A stretch of DNA of 64,000 nucleotides, taken from contig NC_045138.2 of assembly GCF_008831285.2 (NCBI RefSeq), forward strand, positions 7,316,001 through 7,380,000. The letters run 5' to 3'. The stretch comes from Nymphaea colorata. Its lineage: Eukaryota. This document shows positions 1 through 14,600 of this stretch, piece after piece. The notes below the pieces were generated by a model. That model saw only the letters and a program-made list of their open reading frames with translations. It searched no databases and had not been told where the DNA came from. Position numbers and translations under genes: made by a program. Numbering within the stretch: the first letter of the stretch is position 1; the number at the start of each line of letters is the position of its first letter.

Positions 1-88
1 CGGCTACGTACAGGCTAAGACCTACCTTTACAACGTCACAAATGGGTTTGCAATTGTGGAATATGATGCATTTGTGATGCATTATTAA
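1..88 (+). CDS. 3' end of a dirigent (DIR)-family protein gene, partial (runs off window start)
   Basis: Frame from nt 2 reads GYVQAKTYLYNVTNGFAIVEYDAFVMHY* (TAA 86-88), resembling the typical dirigent C-terminus (RGYAQAKT...GDAVVEYNVYVLHY*). Recognised from family knowledge, not a search. Confidence 0.7.
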   Translation, partial: GYVQAKTYLYNVTNGFAIVEYDAFVMHY

Positions 89-1010
89 TTAGATGGTTGG
101 CTTCTATGGTGTTATTGTGCCCTTTGAGTTCCAAACTTCCATGCATGTTAGTACTGTTTGGTACTCAAAAGTAGTAGCGACCCTATTTTCTTTCAGCATG
201 GCTCTTGGGGCTGATAAAATCCATTTGCCTTATGTGCTGGTTTCAGTATGCTGTTGTGATTAAGCTTGATAGTGAGAAAATAAAGCAATTTGCAATTCAA
301 ACTTGGTGACTAAACACGATTAGTTTCGGCGACAATGCACCTAACTTTGTGCCAATTTAAACTTAAAATTAGATCCAAAGTATAACAACAATTAATATTC
401 ACGTCCAAATAACGAAAGAAACTAATGTTACTGCAGCTTTGTTGAATTTTGGGTCTCAAACTTAAAAATTTCTAGGTAAAGATTTTCGAACTTACCAAAC
501 CAGTCGGGCTCTCTCGCCCGCAAAAGGAAACGAGTTATGTGCTCACCTCGTGCCTGGAACATTGTGCACAGGCATATACAATAATAAAAATGCCCCTATT
601 TAAAGTGAAAAAAGAACATTTGAAAGGGACAAAAAAAGGAGTTATGAAAAAGTTAAAAAAAATAAAATGAACATTTCTTTATGAAAATTTCTAAACTACC
701 CCAGCCCCCTTCATTTTTCCTTTGTTATATTCTTGTGACGTGCACACTGCGCGATCTCTCTGCAAAAGCATAAAAATAAGTAGAGGGATATATATATGCC
801 TCCGACAGATGCTTTTGGAAGAGGTTTAAAATTCAATGGTCAAAATTGTTATAAATGTTTTTTCAAGGAGACAAGTAATTGCTCAAAGTTTGATGTTATG
901 AACTTAAATAGTTTTAAAGGACGAATACAGTCTAATCTTCCTGATTAACTGCATAGACAGCAATAAGCAGGTGTTGGTTTAGATTGAAGAAGAAAATTAA
1001 GAATCTACTG

Positions 1011-1710
1011 CAATGTCACCTAGACTTGCCTGCTCAGGCATCGATGCAGGTGCCGGTGCGAGTGCACCCTCTGTGCAGCTCCCGACTCCATCAATGCAAG
1101 TCAGGTGCCCCTAGCCGCACCTGATTGTGCACCATTGCGCATAAAAAGGAATTGTGCGTAAAAGGAAAAAGAAAGGAAAAGGAAAAAATTGTACCTATCG
1201 GCATCTTTCTCCTCTCTTTTCATAGACAAACAACAACAACCAGCCACCGATGAAGCCAGAAGCCAACGTCCAGACAGCATCAGTGACTGGCGACCGGTGG
1301 AACCACGACAGCAGCCCCAGTAATTTTAAAGAACGCGCCACCGGCACCTCTTATTCATGTAATATAGATCAAAAGATACTTACCATCATTTGATTCAGTG
1401 TAAATGAGCTTCCAATGATGAGGAATAATATTAAGTCGTCCATTGAAATTCACCAAAAGATGAGCAGTACTTACGTCAATGTTTCAAAATGTTTTATGCT
1501 ATATTTCTTCCGATTTTCTTAAACCAACTTTTTTAATGTTATCTATAGTAGAATAATTTATACATGTTTATATTTGCAGATTTTTTTTTCTTCATTCTAA
1601 TCAAAAGATGTGAACCTCTAGCCCAAGGGGCATAGGGCTGGCAGATTATTGAGAGTTTAATTTTCATAAGCGCTACTCATCCACATTGTAAATAGTTGCA
1701 ATGTGACATC
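1011..1710. mobile_element. Degenerate non-autonomous hAT-type element
   Basis: Starts CAATGTCACC (1011) and ends ATGTGACATC (~1710), matching the GTGACATAG terminus of the transposase-coding hAT at 21606. TSD not clear. Confidence 0.35.
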
Positions 1711-2079
1711 CTAGTTGACAGGTGTACTATAAGTCGACCAATGTCCCCAAGCAGCAGGGGAAAGCTTCAGCCTTTCTTCGAGTGGCTTTTGTTCACTGAA
1801 TAATACTAGAAATTCTGAGAATGAGAAATCAGATAGAGTAAAGGTAACATTTGATTCAAATCTCCTCGGTTGATGTACAATGCATAATATTGGTTGACAT
1901 GGACTGAAACGGCAGGAGACAGAGGACATTGAAGATTCAATACATGTTAGACGATACCTAAAATTATTAATAGCAATTGGTAACCAACAGAGTAGTTTCA
2001 TTACCTGCTCCTCCAGTCAGCACTAGTAAAGTTTCTATTAAATATTATATAGGGTCCTGCACTGCACAGTCCTTTCACA

Positions 2080-2900
2080 AGGGATGAAGTGGTTGGGCAT
2101 TGTGGGTAACGCTGTCTTCTTAGTTGTGTCAGGTTTTTTTCAAATCAGGCAGATTGGTAAAGAAAGTTAACAGATCACAAGTTGCCTTGATTCCGATCAA
2201 GATGCGACAAGTTTAAGAGACTTCCGGCCTCTTGCTTTATATAACTGTATTTATAAAATCATCATTAAATTGATGGTTAGAAGGGTATGTTTTGCAGAAC
2301 TATGCACAAAATCAAGGAGCATTTGTTCCTTAAAGAAATATTCAAGAACAAACACTAATGGTGTCCCCTTTTCCTTGGTTTTTTTCCTGAAATTTGGGTG
2401 TCAAAAATTATGACATGTGTCACTTCTCTCTCATCTGTTGTCCTTTTCAACGGAAGAAAGATTAATTAAGATGGCAGGAAATGGCCAAGAATATTTTAAT
2501 CCCTAAAATTGCCGGTACTGAATTACTACACAGGAGCTTCTTTTTTGCATATGATATTATGACAGGGTGTAGAGCTGATAATCACTACATATCTTGTGTT
2601 AAAATTGTCTTGAGTGAATTTGTAAAAGATACTGGGCTTTCTTCCAATACTCAAAAGTCTTGCTTTATTCCTTTTATTGTTCAATGTGGTAAAATTCAAG
2701 AAATAGTTGATATTTTGAGCTAGGGCCCGGCTAATCTTCCTATTCCATGTCTTGGAATTCCCTTGTTCACAGGAAACATGAAGGTAGATTATTGTACTGC
2801 TCTAAAGGATAAGGTTTGTAAGATAAGGGCATGGGCAACATTCAGAAGATCTTGTGTTTGTTTTCAAGTACTACATCTTGCGCTGAGGAGTGGCAACGCA
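2080..2900 (+). mobile_element. Degenerate LINE (L1-like) reverse transcriptase remnant
   Basis: Broken frames read ...VALIP...SLRDFRPLALYNCIYKIIIKLMVRR, FFAYDIM (FADD-like) and LPIPCLGIPLF (LPIKYLGxPL-like), motifs of plant L1 ORF2. Confidence 0.75.
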
Positions 2901-3947
2901 TGAATGTTGTCATTCAATGCCCTTTGATTGCAAAAAAGATGTCATATTATGTGAAAAAAATTCAGTCCCAGAGTGGAAATGAAGCTTGTTCACGCACGTT
3001 TGGAACTGAGTTTCAATCATGCATATCAAATGTTGAATATATAAAAATGTTCATACTTATATCTCATGAGATATGTCCATGTGCAATGTGAAAAAACATC
3101 AATAATAGTTAAAAAGTAATGGGCTGAGGCCATTTGACTGTTCTCCAGACATCACAATGAATCAATTGAATAAACCAACTGGCCTTTCCTCAAGCTCTAG
3201 AAAATATAATCCATTATGTAACCTACCCTTCCCAATCCGCTGTCTCGATTGAGCATCGACGGTCCTGGATAATACAAGAATTATCATTAAAGATTACGTC
3301 GCATTGATTTTCAATGGAAAGTTTCAAACCTAGATGAGGTTGAACAAAAAACACAAAATATTGGACAAGATAAATGAAGTTTTGAAGTAACTGGCCAACA
3401 TGAGTGGCAGTAGCGTGACAGTGGAGGAGGAAATACTAGAGATGGCAGTGGTCACGTGGTTGCCCTCTCCGCTTTTTCGCATATACAAAAACATTTTGAA
3501 AAGTTGTATTTCGGTTTATGTTAAAATTTTAAAACTATAGTTGAGCTTCTCCAACTAAAAATTCATAGCTCTGCTCTTGAATATGAGAAAGGTAAATCAT
3601 ACTTGAAAGATTTACTTTAAAGTTATGAGTATCAAGAAAGTCCATAAATTGTTCCGATACCATGATAAAGTACAAGAGAGAGGGAAAGAAAATTGGTTGT
3701 TTTGTTGACAAAAGATTACAAAGGACATATTTACAATACAAAACAGTAATCGATGGAAATCCTTTCCCAAGTCACGCGTGTTTGATTTGTCAATGTAATT
3801 ATGGACATTTTTTATATATTCAACAATCAAGCACTGGACATGAGTAAAACCACATGTTTCTCCAACATGGTGTTCTTAAAACATACATGGGAAACATGTG
3901 TTTGAAATAATATAAATAGTCTTTTCTAAAAAGCCTTTTAGGTATGA

Positions 3948-4118
3948 TGCACATATTAAATTACTATAGTATGTGTCACCTGCCCCCTATGACATTTGAA
4001 GCAGGGATTAACCACGTGCACCATTGACCACCTATTCCATCCTATTTTTGTATTGTTTTTATTGCACATATTAAATTACTATAGTATGTGTGACCTGCCC
4101 CCATGACATTTGAAGCAG
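3948..4118. repeat. Direct repeat of ~57 bp (3948-4004 / 4063-4118)
   Basis: tgcacatattaaattactatagtatgtgt(c/g)acctgcccc..atgacatttgaagcag occurs twice. Confidence 0.85.
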
Positions 4119-4596
4119 CAGTTGGCCAGCTACCAATCTGTAATATCGTCTGGTCCAGAAAATTCTCAAAATAAAACTAATGTAGTGGTTGGATTTTTCC
4201 TTCTTTTTTTAACATTTAGGATATGAGAATCCACCCTCCCAAACATGTTTGGTCCTGAACTTATAACTTGATCTCACATTATTCACTTGGTGGTTGGCTG
4301 GAATATTAAAATAATATTGGTCCGCATCTGGCCAAGGACGGACCAAAATATTTTGACCATCCACAGTAATGATTGGTAGATCTCAGACCACCTAGGTAAG
4401 AGATAAAAACAGACCTCTTAAATTTATTGTTAAAAATGTATTAAACAAAATATGAACCTTCTATTGTGTTGTATAAACATTAATTTTACATAAATCAGGC
4501 TTTAGTTCAAATCATTTTTTTAATTGATCTTTCCACTATCAAATTTTGACGAGAGCTGTACATTTTTATTATTAAAAAACATTATTTACGCAAAAA

Positions 4597-5881
4597 TATG
4601 ACCTACTTAATTAATGTATGTTTCTCACCAAATCACTTTTAAGATCATATTTATAAGGTTAGGTAGCAATATATATTAATAACTAATTTTAATAGGTTTG
4701 GCTTTTGCCTCTTACTCGCCTAGATTTTACCAGGTTTTCTATATATTATATATTATATATTATATTATATTATATTATATATTATATTATATTATATATT
4801 GTATTGTATTATACTACAGTATATGCATATATGCACACTATCAATATCATAGAAGCCCAATGGAGGAGATTGGGAGACTAAAGAGTCAGTCATACAGGGT
4901 TGCTGTAACCTTCAGCTCGACTCTCCCTTAAGAAAACATGTAGGAAGACTTTTAGAATAAACTAAAACTTGTATGAACAATGAAATCAGTAAAGAAAACG
5001 ACACTTTTAACCTCGTGAACAATAAATTGAATAAGACTACTGAATTTTTTTTGAGGGGCCCAATTTTTTTTTTGTTATTTTAAAATTTTATGGGGGGAAG
5101 ATAAAATGTTCGAGAATATTTGCATGTAATTTTCTTTTTAAGATAGGAATGTGGCACACCTAGCTAAGCTAACAGCTTATAGGCAGTCAGTCCTTGTTGC
5201 CATTAAGTTTTGTACGTCATCTCCATGTACACAACAAGTGTATGCCAGGGTAGACCTTATTACCATTATACAAATCCACTTTAATGCTTTAACATTGCTG
5301 ACAATGGTATGAGTTAATGAGTATGAGCTAATGAGTATGAGATAGCCACACTGCTACTTAGAGGTGTATATTAGTCATAACGATCTATATATATGGACTG
5401 ACAATCATTTGGTATGAGCTTTATCGAATCCCAAAACCTTATATAACTGTATTTATAAAATTATCACTAAATTGACGGTTAGAAGACTGAAAAGTAAGTT
5501 TTGCAGAATTATAAACAAAGATCAAGGAGCATTTGTTCCTTAAAGAAATATTCAAGAACAAATACTAATGGTTCATGAGCTGGCCAATAGTTTACCGAAC
5601 CATAAGAAGAATCCAATATTGCTCAAATTACATATTTCAAAAGCGTAAGATAGACTGGATTCAGATTTCTTGAAATAGTGTCTCCTTTTCCTTGGTTTTT
5701 CCTGAAATTTGGGTATAAAAAATTATGACATATTTCACTTCTCCCTAATTTGTTGTCCTTATCAACGGAAGAAAGGGGAGATTTCTTTATCAGTATTCTT
5801 CATTTTGAAATAACGACCTACTTAATTAATATATGTTTCTCACCAAATCACTTTTAAGATCATATTTATAAGGTTAGGTTG

Positions 5882-5956
<75 letters not shown>

Positions 5957-5964
5957 GGGTTTGG

Positions 5965-6001
<37 letters not shown>

Positions 6002-6200
6002 GGGTTTGGTTTTTGTCTCTTACTCGCCTAGTTTTTACAACTTCTATATATTATATTATACTACAGTTTATATACATATATACGCACTATTATAGAAGCT
6101 GAATGGAAGAGACTGGGAGAGGAACGATTCAGTCATAGAGGATTGCTGTAACTTTCAACTCGATCTCCCTTAAGAAAACATGTAGAAAGATTTTAGAATA
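4597..6200. repeat. Dispersed duplicate segment (~4597-4960 vs ~5813-6200) with AT microsatellites
   Basis: gacctacttaattaat...caccaaatcacttttaagatcatatttataaggttagg...ctcttactcgcctag...ctcccttaagaaaacatgtag is present in both. (ATATT)n at 4741-4800 and (TA)n at ~5885-5998. Confidence 0.8.
5435..5790 (+). mobile_element. Second LINE RT remnant, homologous to 2238-2460
   Basis: Reads LYNCIYKIITKLTVRRLKSKFCRIINKDQGAFVP*RNIQEQILMVHEL...LLKLHISKA*DRLD (QxAF and KLDxxKAYD motifs of L1 RT). Confidence 0.8.
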
Positions 6201-8457
6201 AAGTTACATTTTAGGTAAATTTTGAAGCAATATGCTTGGATGCCTACTCAATTCAACCCCAAAGAAAAGCCTAGGAATCAATCGCAATCTTAGTTCTAAA
6301 TTAACTTAGAACTTGGAATTGCAAAATCAAATCTTCTACTGATTTTGAAATGAAATTTCGAATTCAAATTCAATTAAACCTAAAGTGGAGCTCTAAAATC
6401 AATCTGAACCAAAGCCAAGGAGCTTAAGTCTGAAATTCAATTTCAATTTGGATTTAAAATATCAATCTAAACTGGAAACAAAGGAAGTGGATGGTGACAA
6501 AGAGAAGGTGAAAGCCGGGGGGCGAAGGTTGTGGTGGAAGCAACGGTGGCAATAAGGCGGCCAATGGGTGGAACAAGGGAAGGGGGAGGAGAGAGAGAAG
6601 AGAAAGCGGATGAGACCAACAAAAAAGGAAGGATGGAGGAGACCGGGTGAGTGCAGATGTCGGGTGGCAACAACCTGGCAGACAACGACGCAAAGAGTGG
6701 GCGGTGAGTGAGAGAGAACGTGGGAGAGTAGAGCAGAAGAGGCCAGGGCAAAAGGTTAGAGGATGCAAGATGGGGTGGAGAAGGCAAAGGCGGCAGCCAC
6801 TGTGGGCAGACGCCAAAGCAATGAGGACGGGGGCGGGGACAGCACCTACATGGGGAGCAACGCGAGAGAGAGACAGAGAGGACACTCACGAATGCTTGAT
6901 GATTAGCGGCGTTGGCACCAGCAAACCAAGTCACGAGATAACTTCCGTTCGGTGGGCTTGAAGAGGGAGATCGAACTGCTGATATAGGTCAGGCAAACAA
7001 AAGAGAGTTTACAAAAAAGGTAATTGTAACGATGCGTGAAATTGGGGTTTCTGGCACTATTGGGCCACTTGTTACAGCTTTGTGTCTTCATCATTGTGTT
7101 AAGTCACCGACTCTTCTACCGGACTCTTCTATTTTAAAATCGAGTGCTCACTACTCTAACTCACACCTGAACCCAATTAAAATGATATATTACTAAATTA
7201 TTTATATAATATATGTTGTTATGATATTTTTCTATGCAATACAAGTTATATACATTAATAACTAAATTATAATAATAATATATACATGCTTATTTTGTTA
7301 TATATATAATAAATTAATAATAATAATAAAATACTCTCATCGCATTGCTACACCTAAATTTTTTAAAATGTGCCGCTCCAGCACCCGCACGAACACCCAC
7401 ACCCCGCAGGGTGATATATCCATGTGGCACTGTTTTTGGTTGGTGCCACAACAAGTTTTATGCCATCAACAGCACTTTGTGACCAAAGTTAGTTCCCATA
7501 CTGGTGCACAAAAAAAAAATTATAAGATACAAATGAAAATTAAAAAAAGTAAAATGATTATAAAGGACATGTTTTTTTTTATTACAAAAACACCCCTTTC
7601 TTTTCCTGTGTACATAAGCAGCACACGCATAACTACGCACACAGCATTTACTGATGACCAAAACTGGTTTTATGCCCCATAGTGGTGCACCAAATTGAGT
7701 CAGGGAACAATGCTAGTTCGTATAATGATGAAAGGTATTTCACCTCCAATGTTAAGGCAGATGATGTCATTGATTGGGCCCACACTAGTGCTAGCTCATT
7801 CATGCGAGTGAATGTCATTTCACTTGCAACGATGAAAGAGCTCAACCATTTTAAGACAACAATCGTACAAGAATGTGCTTGTGCCCTTTCACCTATGTGA
7901 AAGGACTGAAAATACAAGTTGCCCTCACTTTCTTTTAGATTGCTTATAGATAACTAAATCAATAACAGATCGTTTCCTCAAGAAATTTTGTTTAAGGGGA
8001 CAATCTTCCATATCAGTTCTGAAAAGGAACTCAAAATCTTCTATTTTCTTGATATCAGCCTCCAGATAAATAATGCTAGATCACTTAATGCTGGAACATG
8101 CCCAAAAGAGGAAGGCCTTTTCGTTTATTTATTGCTCGTCTCAACTCAGATTTTAAGTAGGTGGGAGCAATAAAGAAACGTGGATCCTCGTTTCGAAGTT
8201 ATGGGCTAAAGTGAGGCTCTTGTTGAGAAAATTAGAAACGTGACTGTCTTCTGAGATCATGGGCAAGAGATACACAGCCAAATGAGATTTTTTTTTTCAC
8301 CTCTATTCCCTAATATAGGTTTTTGGATCTGATCTGTAGTCGAACCTATGGTCCAAACCCGTTCATTTTTGTTGGCCTGCCCATGGGCCGTTATCCTTCC
8401 AGTTTTAAAGGGAAAAATCTCATGACCTTCGGCCTTTTTTGCTCTGCCAAGAGCACA

Positions 8458-8634
8458 ATGGCAGTGGCGCAGCTCTCTGCCTCTTTGCTTCCACCTGCCG
8501 GTCGACCTAATAACTCACTCAGACGGAGGGGGAAGAAGACCATTTTCACTCCCTTCCCCTATAGTATCCGATGTCCATCTGCTCAAAGCGCGCGGGCATC
8601 CGTTGTTTCTGCTCAATCGGCCACCATAGTTCAG
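8458..8634 (+). CDS. DGP3: DGP3 exon 1 (putative transit peptide)
   Basis: ATG 8458, [13 protein letters not shown]...ATIVQ, donor GT at 8635, phase 0. Confidence 0.75.
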
Positions 8635-11600
8635 GTCGTTTCGTTGCACCAGTAGTCATTTCTTACCCTCGCCTTCACTTGAATCATTTACTTTCCTTTC
8701 TTAGTGGTAATCTATGCTTCTAATGGCGTTCATTTCATCAAACTAGATAATTTTCGAGCATAAAATACTTGAAAATAGATAATAGATGTCCAAGTAGTTC
8801 TTTTGTTTCTTAATCCACCTTACTGTAGACGGAGACGTTGGTATTTTATTCGACATAATGGTTTTTGGGATTTTCGTTTCCCTGCTTGCCTTCTTGTTTA
8901 GTATAATGGAAAGAAGAGTGGGATTACCTTGTTGATCAGTTAATAGACAACCTTCGGGCATCCACTTATACGAAAAGAGGGATAATCTGGTGTGCTGAAA
9001 TATCCCAACGTTACCTCCTGGTGGGTCCATTCAACTACACACATCACCAACCTTCCCCTTTCCCGTCTTCCTCTTGTAGAAGAAATTGATGATTAGCAAA
9101 TAAGGAATTCATTCAGCTACGTCAAAACACGAGGTCGACATTTTTTGGATGAAGCAAGTGAAATTAGGGCATTACTTTGAGTGGTGTTGTGTCATGTGGC
9201 TGTCGAAAGTAGAAGTCTTAGGCATCTGAAGAAATTTAGAGCATGTTCACATAAGTCGAACCAGGCATGCACAGTATAAAGGTTTTTTTGAAAATTATGC
9301 TTTCAGATACTGGATGGTTTTTTCTAGCAATGTAGTAACAGACATTACATAATTGGATGGTTTCATACTCGGCAAGGTGGCAAGATTTATGTTATAGGTT
9401 GATTCTTGTAAGGAATAAAGCATAAAGATCGGGTAGAATTAGCATGTTAGTACTATCTGTCTGGTCAGATGAATGATTTCTGTTTGACAATCTACTTCGT
9501 GATAATATTAGCAAATGAAAGTTGCTTCAGCAGTCAAGGAGCTGATTGAATGTTCTCTCAGTTTCTGCATGATAGACTTGATCTAGTAAGAAAAGATGTC
9601 TTCCCATACGCACAATACCTGTGATGAGGCAAAACTACTAAGATACTCATAGGTGGAAGTTGTAAGAACCTAATCAAACCTCATAAATTTGTTTCTCATA
9701 ATTTTTTTAGCTAGAATTGGAAGTTAGATCATGTTTCAAGTTTCATCCATTTTTTATTGACCAAAGAAGTTCCAGTCATGACTTCAAGGAGCTGATTGAA
9801 TGTTCTCTCAGTTTCTGCATGATAGACTTGATCTAGTAAGAAAAGATGTCTTCCCATACGCACAATACCTGTGATGAGGCAAAACTACTAAGATACTCAT
9901 AGGTGGAAGTTGTAAGAACCTAATCAAACCTCATAAATTTGTTTCTCATAATTTTTTAGCTAGAATTGGAAGTTAGATCATGTTTCAAGTTTCATCCATT
10001 TTTTATTGACCAAAGAAGTTCCAGTCATGACTTCATGTGGTAATGACAGGAAGGATTTATCTCCAGCACATTGCCACCTGAACCATCAGCTGCCTCCATG
10101 GCTTGGCAGGAAGGTTTCAGCCTTAAGGCAGTGAAAGGCACCTCAGATGTCAATTCTTTACATTCTCCAATAACAACTTGAGATAAGCTAGATAAGCATG
10201 GAAACCATTTAGTTCATGTTTTGCAATATAAGATTACATACTTTTCTAAAAGTATAGTAAGTTACTGTTCATCCCCTTGAAGAACCTTCTTTTGAATCAC
10301 AAATCTATGTAATCTGACCAAGTAAGCCAGGTTGTTCAAGTTGGTAAGCTCCGACCTGTGGAAAAATTGGAAACAAAATGTAGAAAAATGGTGATTTCTA
10401 CTTAGCATGTACATTGAAGTAGCAAGATTTACCCTCTATACTTGTTTGTGTTCTGAGTATCTAAAAGGTTATCGTAATATCTATCTAATTCCACAATGTG
10501 CAATATGTGTCCTCCTGCAGATTCCTGGAGGAAGGTCTTCAAGTTGGCAACCTATGGAAGGAGGTGATTTCAATTATGCATCATTGGGGTCCCAAACAAC
10601 TAATGAGTGGGCTAATCTTGATGCTGATCTTTATCAATCGATAAAAGCTTTACGCCCGGTGCAGGTGCATAAAGCATGCCATATTTTATTTTTATCTGCT
10701 TATGGTTGTAGGTTAGGATTGAATCGCATGATTTTGATGGATTCCTGTGTGCTTTCTCTGCTTATAATTCTATGTCATCTAAGGAGAGATCATTTGCAGT
10801 GGTATCCAGGTCATATTGCAAAAACTGAGAAAGAATTGAAGGATCAACTTAAATTGATCGATGTTGTGATAGAGGTTCGAGATGCAAGAATTCCTTTGTC
10901 AACAAGCCATCCACAGGTGAATGTCTGAAATCCTTATTGAAATGCTAATTTCCTGTAGCTTTTTTTGTGCAACTCACAAAGGTATGTTTTGGCTTTTCTA
11001 AACACTAGATTCTAGGTTTCTCAGTTCTTGGTTTTGCATGCATAGATGGACTCATGGCTTGGAAATCGGCGAAAAATACTAGTTTTAAACAGGGAAGACA
11101 TGATATCTTCTGCAGATAGGAATGCATGGGCTACATACTTTGCAAGGCAAGGAATAAAGGTGGTTTTTGCCAATGGGCAACTTGGAATGGTATCGAACAT
11201 ATTTTCTTTGCTTTTTCTTTTTCTTGTCGGTTATCAGTTTTTCTTTGTTTGGTCATAGGTGGATGGGTGAGTCAATGCTCATTCCATGTGGTTAAACTAC
11301 AGGGGACTATGAAACTTGGAAGGTTGGCAAAGTCATTAGCTCTTGTTGTGAATGCTAAACGCAGGAAGAAAGGACTTCTCCCACGGCCAGTGAGTCTCAT
11401 GAATTTCTGAAACTGGAGTCTTTTGCTTTCTGAAACAAAGGACATGTATACGCATTTGTGACTCTGTTGCATTATAGCTCCCATTACTGTCTTTTTCCAC
11501 AGCATAATTTCAGCATAATTTTGAAATTAATATATGTGCCTGAAATGGGTGTTCTTGTATTTTTATTTATATATTAGATTTTAGTGTTCTTTTTTTTTTC

Positions 11601-14600
11601 GATCATTTATAACAGCAACAATAGTTATTGTTAACTCCAGAGCATGTGATGATCAAGAAGCATACTGGAACCTGTGGTGGGGTGAGGCTCTTGTTTAGTT
11701 TCTTATGTGTTATAATGTCTGTTGTATTTCGCATTCATATGGGGAACTTAGCTTTGTTAGATGTTATCCCTATTGTTTCGTACTTATTGAAATTACACAT
11801 TCCTGCTGTTGATTTTCTTTGTTTTATAATTTGGAATAGTTTATGTTCCCATATTTTTCTTGTCCAGTTTAACTTCACTATAGGCTTTTGACTTTTCTGG
11901 TGGCTGTTCTCATGCTCTAAACATTTCTTTAACAACGAGAAATAAGAAAATCTATGTTGCGTGGACGTGGACACGGGTGTCAATGTCGGACAAGAGTACG
12001 AGTGTTAGATACAACAAGTCTTAAAAATTTAGACACTTGAACATGGCTGTGTGTGTGTGTGTGTGTGTGTGCGTGTACTGTTATAGAGAAATAAAAAAAT
12101 TCACAAGCAAAGAGTGACAAAATATTGATTTAAAAATGTTATACAATTAATTAATTGTTTAGTAGATTTATTTTTTTACATTTGTAAATATTTTTTATAT
12201 TAAGATTACTTTAGTCTAATTAAAAATTTGATTAAATAAAATAAAGTTTTAAAGGAATTGTTTTTAAAAGATGACCATGGGTCATCTTTTTCAAAGGATG
12301 ATAGACCCCTGTCATCCTTTTTAAAGGTCAGCAAGGGGTGCAAAGAGACCGAGAGAGAACAGAACGCCTGTTTTCCTTTTTAAATGGATGATAGGCCCCC
12401 TTGTTGTCCTTCTTAAGTGATGACAAGGAGATGGAGAGAGAAAAGAGAGAGAGAGAGATGACCTAAAAACCGGAAGAAGGAGAGGGAAAGAAAATGAGAA
12501 GTGAGAGAAAGGGGAAAAAAGTGACACCTGCTGGACAGTATCATAGTTTAAAAATTGGCTGGACATGGCTGGACATGACACTTCATAGTTTTTAAAGTGT
12601 CCATGCAACATAGAGAAAACGGAAGTATTAAAAGCTGTGTCAGCAACAAGCCACCAAGAAGAGTGATAATCTCATTTGTGCCTTAAGAAAACCACCCGAC
12701 TTCCAGTAACAGTTGGCCAGCAGCTCACATGCCTAGTTTACAAATCCCCTTGTACATTTACACTTTTCCTTACATTTATCCTCTGCAGTCAAAGATTGTA
12801 GTGTATGCATTTCCAATATTTGGAATATTTGACATGTTTTTAATTTTATGATGCTGCCACCAATGTTTCTGTGCCAGTTACATGGGTTGTTCTAACTTCT
12901 ATCACATGGGTGAGGGATATGGGTGTGGATGTGGATGCAGGATGCAGCATTTTCCAAAACCTAGCTGAAGGTGTGTGTGTGTGTATAATATTATATACAT
13001 ACACACACAAAAAAAAATGTTAAACAATTTGCTAACATAACTGTGTTGATTTAAATCTAAGGAGTCATGAAATCTAGAAAGCATTTCTATTAATGCAAGT
13101 AAATTAAAAATAGAAACTTTATTAATATGACTAATACTGTCATGGGCTGACTTTTTCAAGCCTATTTGGCCAGCGCGGCGCTGAAGGTTTCCCAAGCCTT
13201 TGGCCAACTCAATCTTAATGTAGCGAAAGCATTCATCAATCTTCTGGGACCGTGGACTAGACGAGTGCTAGGTACTCGGCACACCATCACCCAGGATTAT
13301 CTCACAGTGTTCCATCGGCATGTCGTGGCTATGAGGCCCTGTCAGAACACAACCATTCATCCAAGCGTTTATGTACTTTCATACAAAATCTGGGTGTGAG
13401 TAGACTTCCTTTGGGAGGAAGTCCTCAACTGAAGCCAGTTGCCGACTATATGTCATTAAGTAAGGCGGCCGACCATCGCCCTACTCGACGACGAGCTTTC
13501 ACTTGCTCACCATCGCATGACTCTACGCAGTTGTGGACGCAACATATGCGTCCACTGGGAAAATTGACCCTAACCCATGCGCACCCCCATGCGCATCTAA
13601 ACGCTACGCGTGGGGAACCCACCGATTCCCCAACGATGGACTTGCACGTCTCAAAGGGACCAATGTCACCATGGTATGCTCAACTGACGCGTTGTACCGG
13701 TATGCCGTACGTCAAACTGGGTACGCGGGTACGTTTTGATCTGGTTTCGGCTTGGAACCAGATCCAAACCATAATAAAATGTAAAAATAACCCGTGACGC
13801 TCTTCTCCCTCTCGATCTTCTTTCGTCTTCCGGCAGGTGCTTGACTGGAGTCCGGCAAGAGCTTTGGCAGCCACTGGCGACGGAGGGCGGCTGGCGACAG
13901 ACGGCGAGTGAGCGACGGCAGGTTTCTCCATTCGGTGGTTTTTAGGGTTGCTGCAACTGTTGGGGGTTTGACAGCTTGCGCAATTGCTGACGGATGGCGA
14001 CGGACTGTCGACGACAAGTTTTTCCATTTGGCTATAGTTAGGTTTTGAGTTTTAGGGGGTTAAGTTTTAGGGGTTTGAGATTTCCATAGACTCGTTGGAG
14101 TTCTTCACTGCAAAATTGGAAAAACAGGTTTAAATTTGTTTGATTCAATGTGATACTTATGTTATTCTTATTGATTTTGCAACTTAGTCAATTTGTTTCT
14201 CCCTTCTTTTATTAGTTTGCTTGCAGCAAACTGATTGGGAGTAGCTAGTCTCATCTTGGTTTTCTGGGAGGTTCTATTGAATAGTAATCAACTAGAACTT
14301 CTGACTAAATAGGAATAAATTGGCAACTCTTGAAGTTCTTAACGTGAATAATATCTTCCTCCATTATCTTTACTCTTTAGCCTTTAAGGAAAGGAACAAA
14401 ATGAAAAATAGTTACTATCTGAATGCATTTTCCCTTCTTATGAATTGCTGTGATATTGTTTCTAACTGAATTTTGGTTCATGTTGGTACTAGTCGTATAG
14501 CAAAAGAACATTAACAATGGCCTATGCAGTCTCATGTATTGGTTGTTGGTTCTAAGCAAATACTAGGAACCACAAGGCAAACCTTTTCCAGAAGAGAACA

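Noticed and set aside
6454..6961. Overlapping 104-155 aa ORFs
   Set aside because: Low-complexity GA-rich sequence open in several frames on both strands, with no recognisable domain; likely TE-internal.
8200..8390. TGGGCY site II-like motifs upstream of DGP3
   Set aside because: Plausible but only hexamers; insufficient to call a regulatory element.
11088..11099. G4 motif NRED rather than NKxD
   Set aside because: As far as I recall this variant is normal in plant DGP3 orthologues, so it is not a sign of novelty or inactivation.
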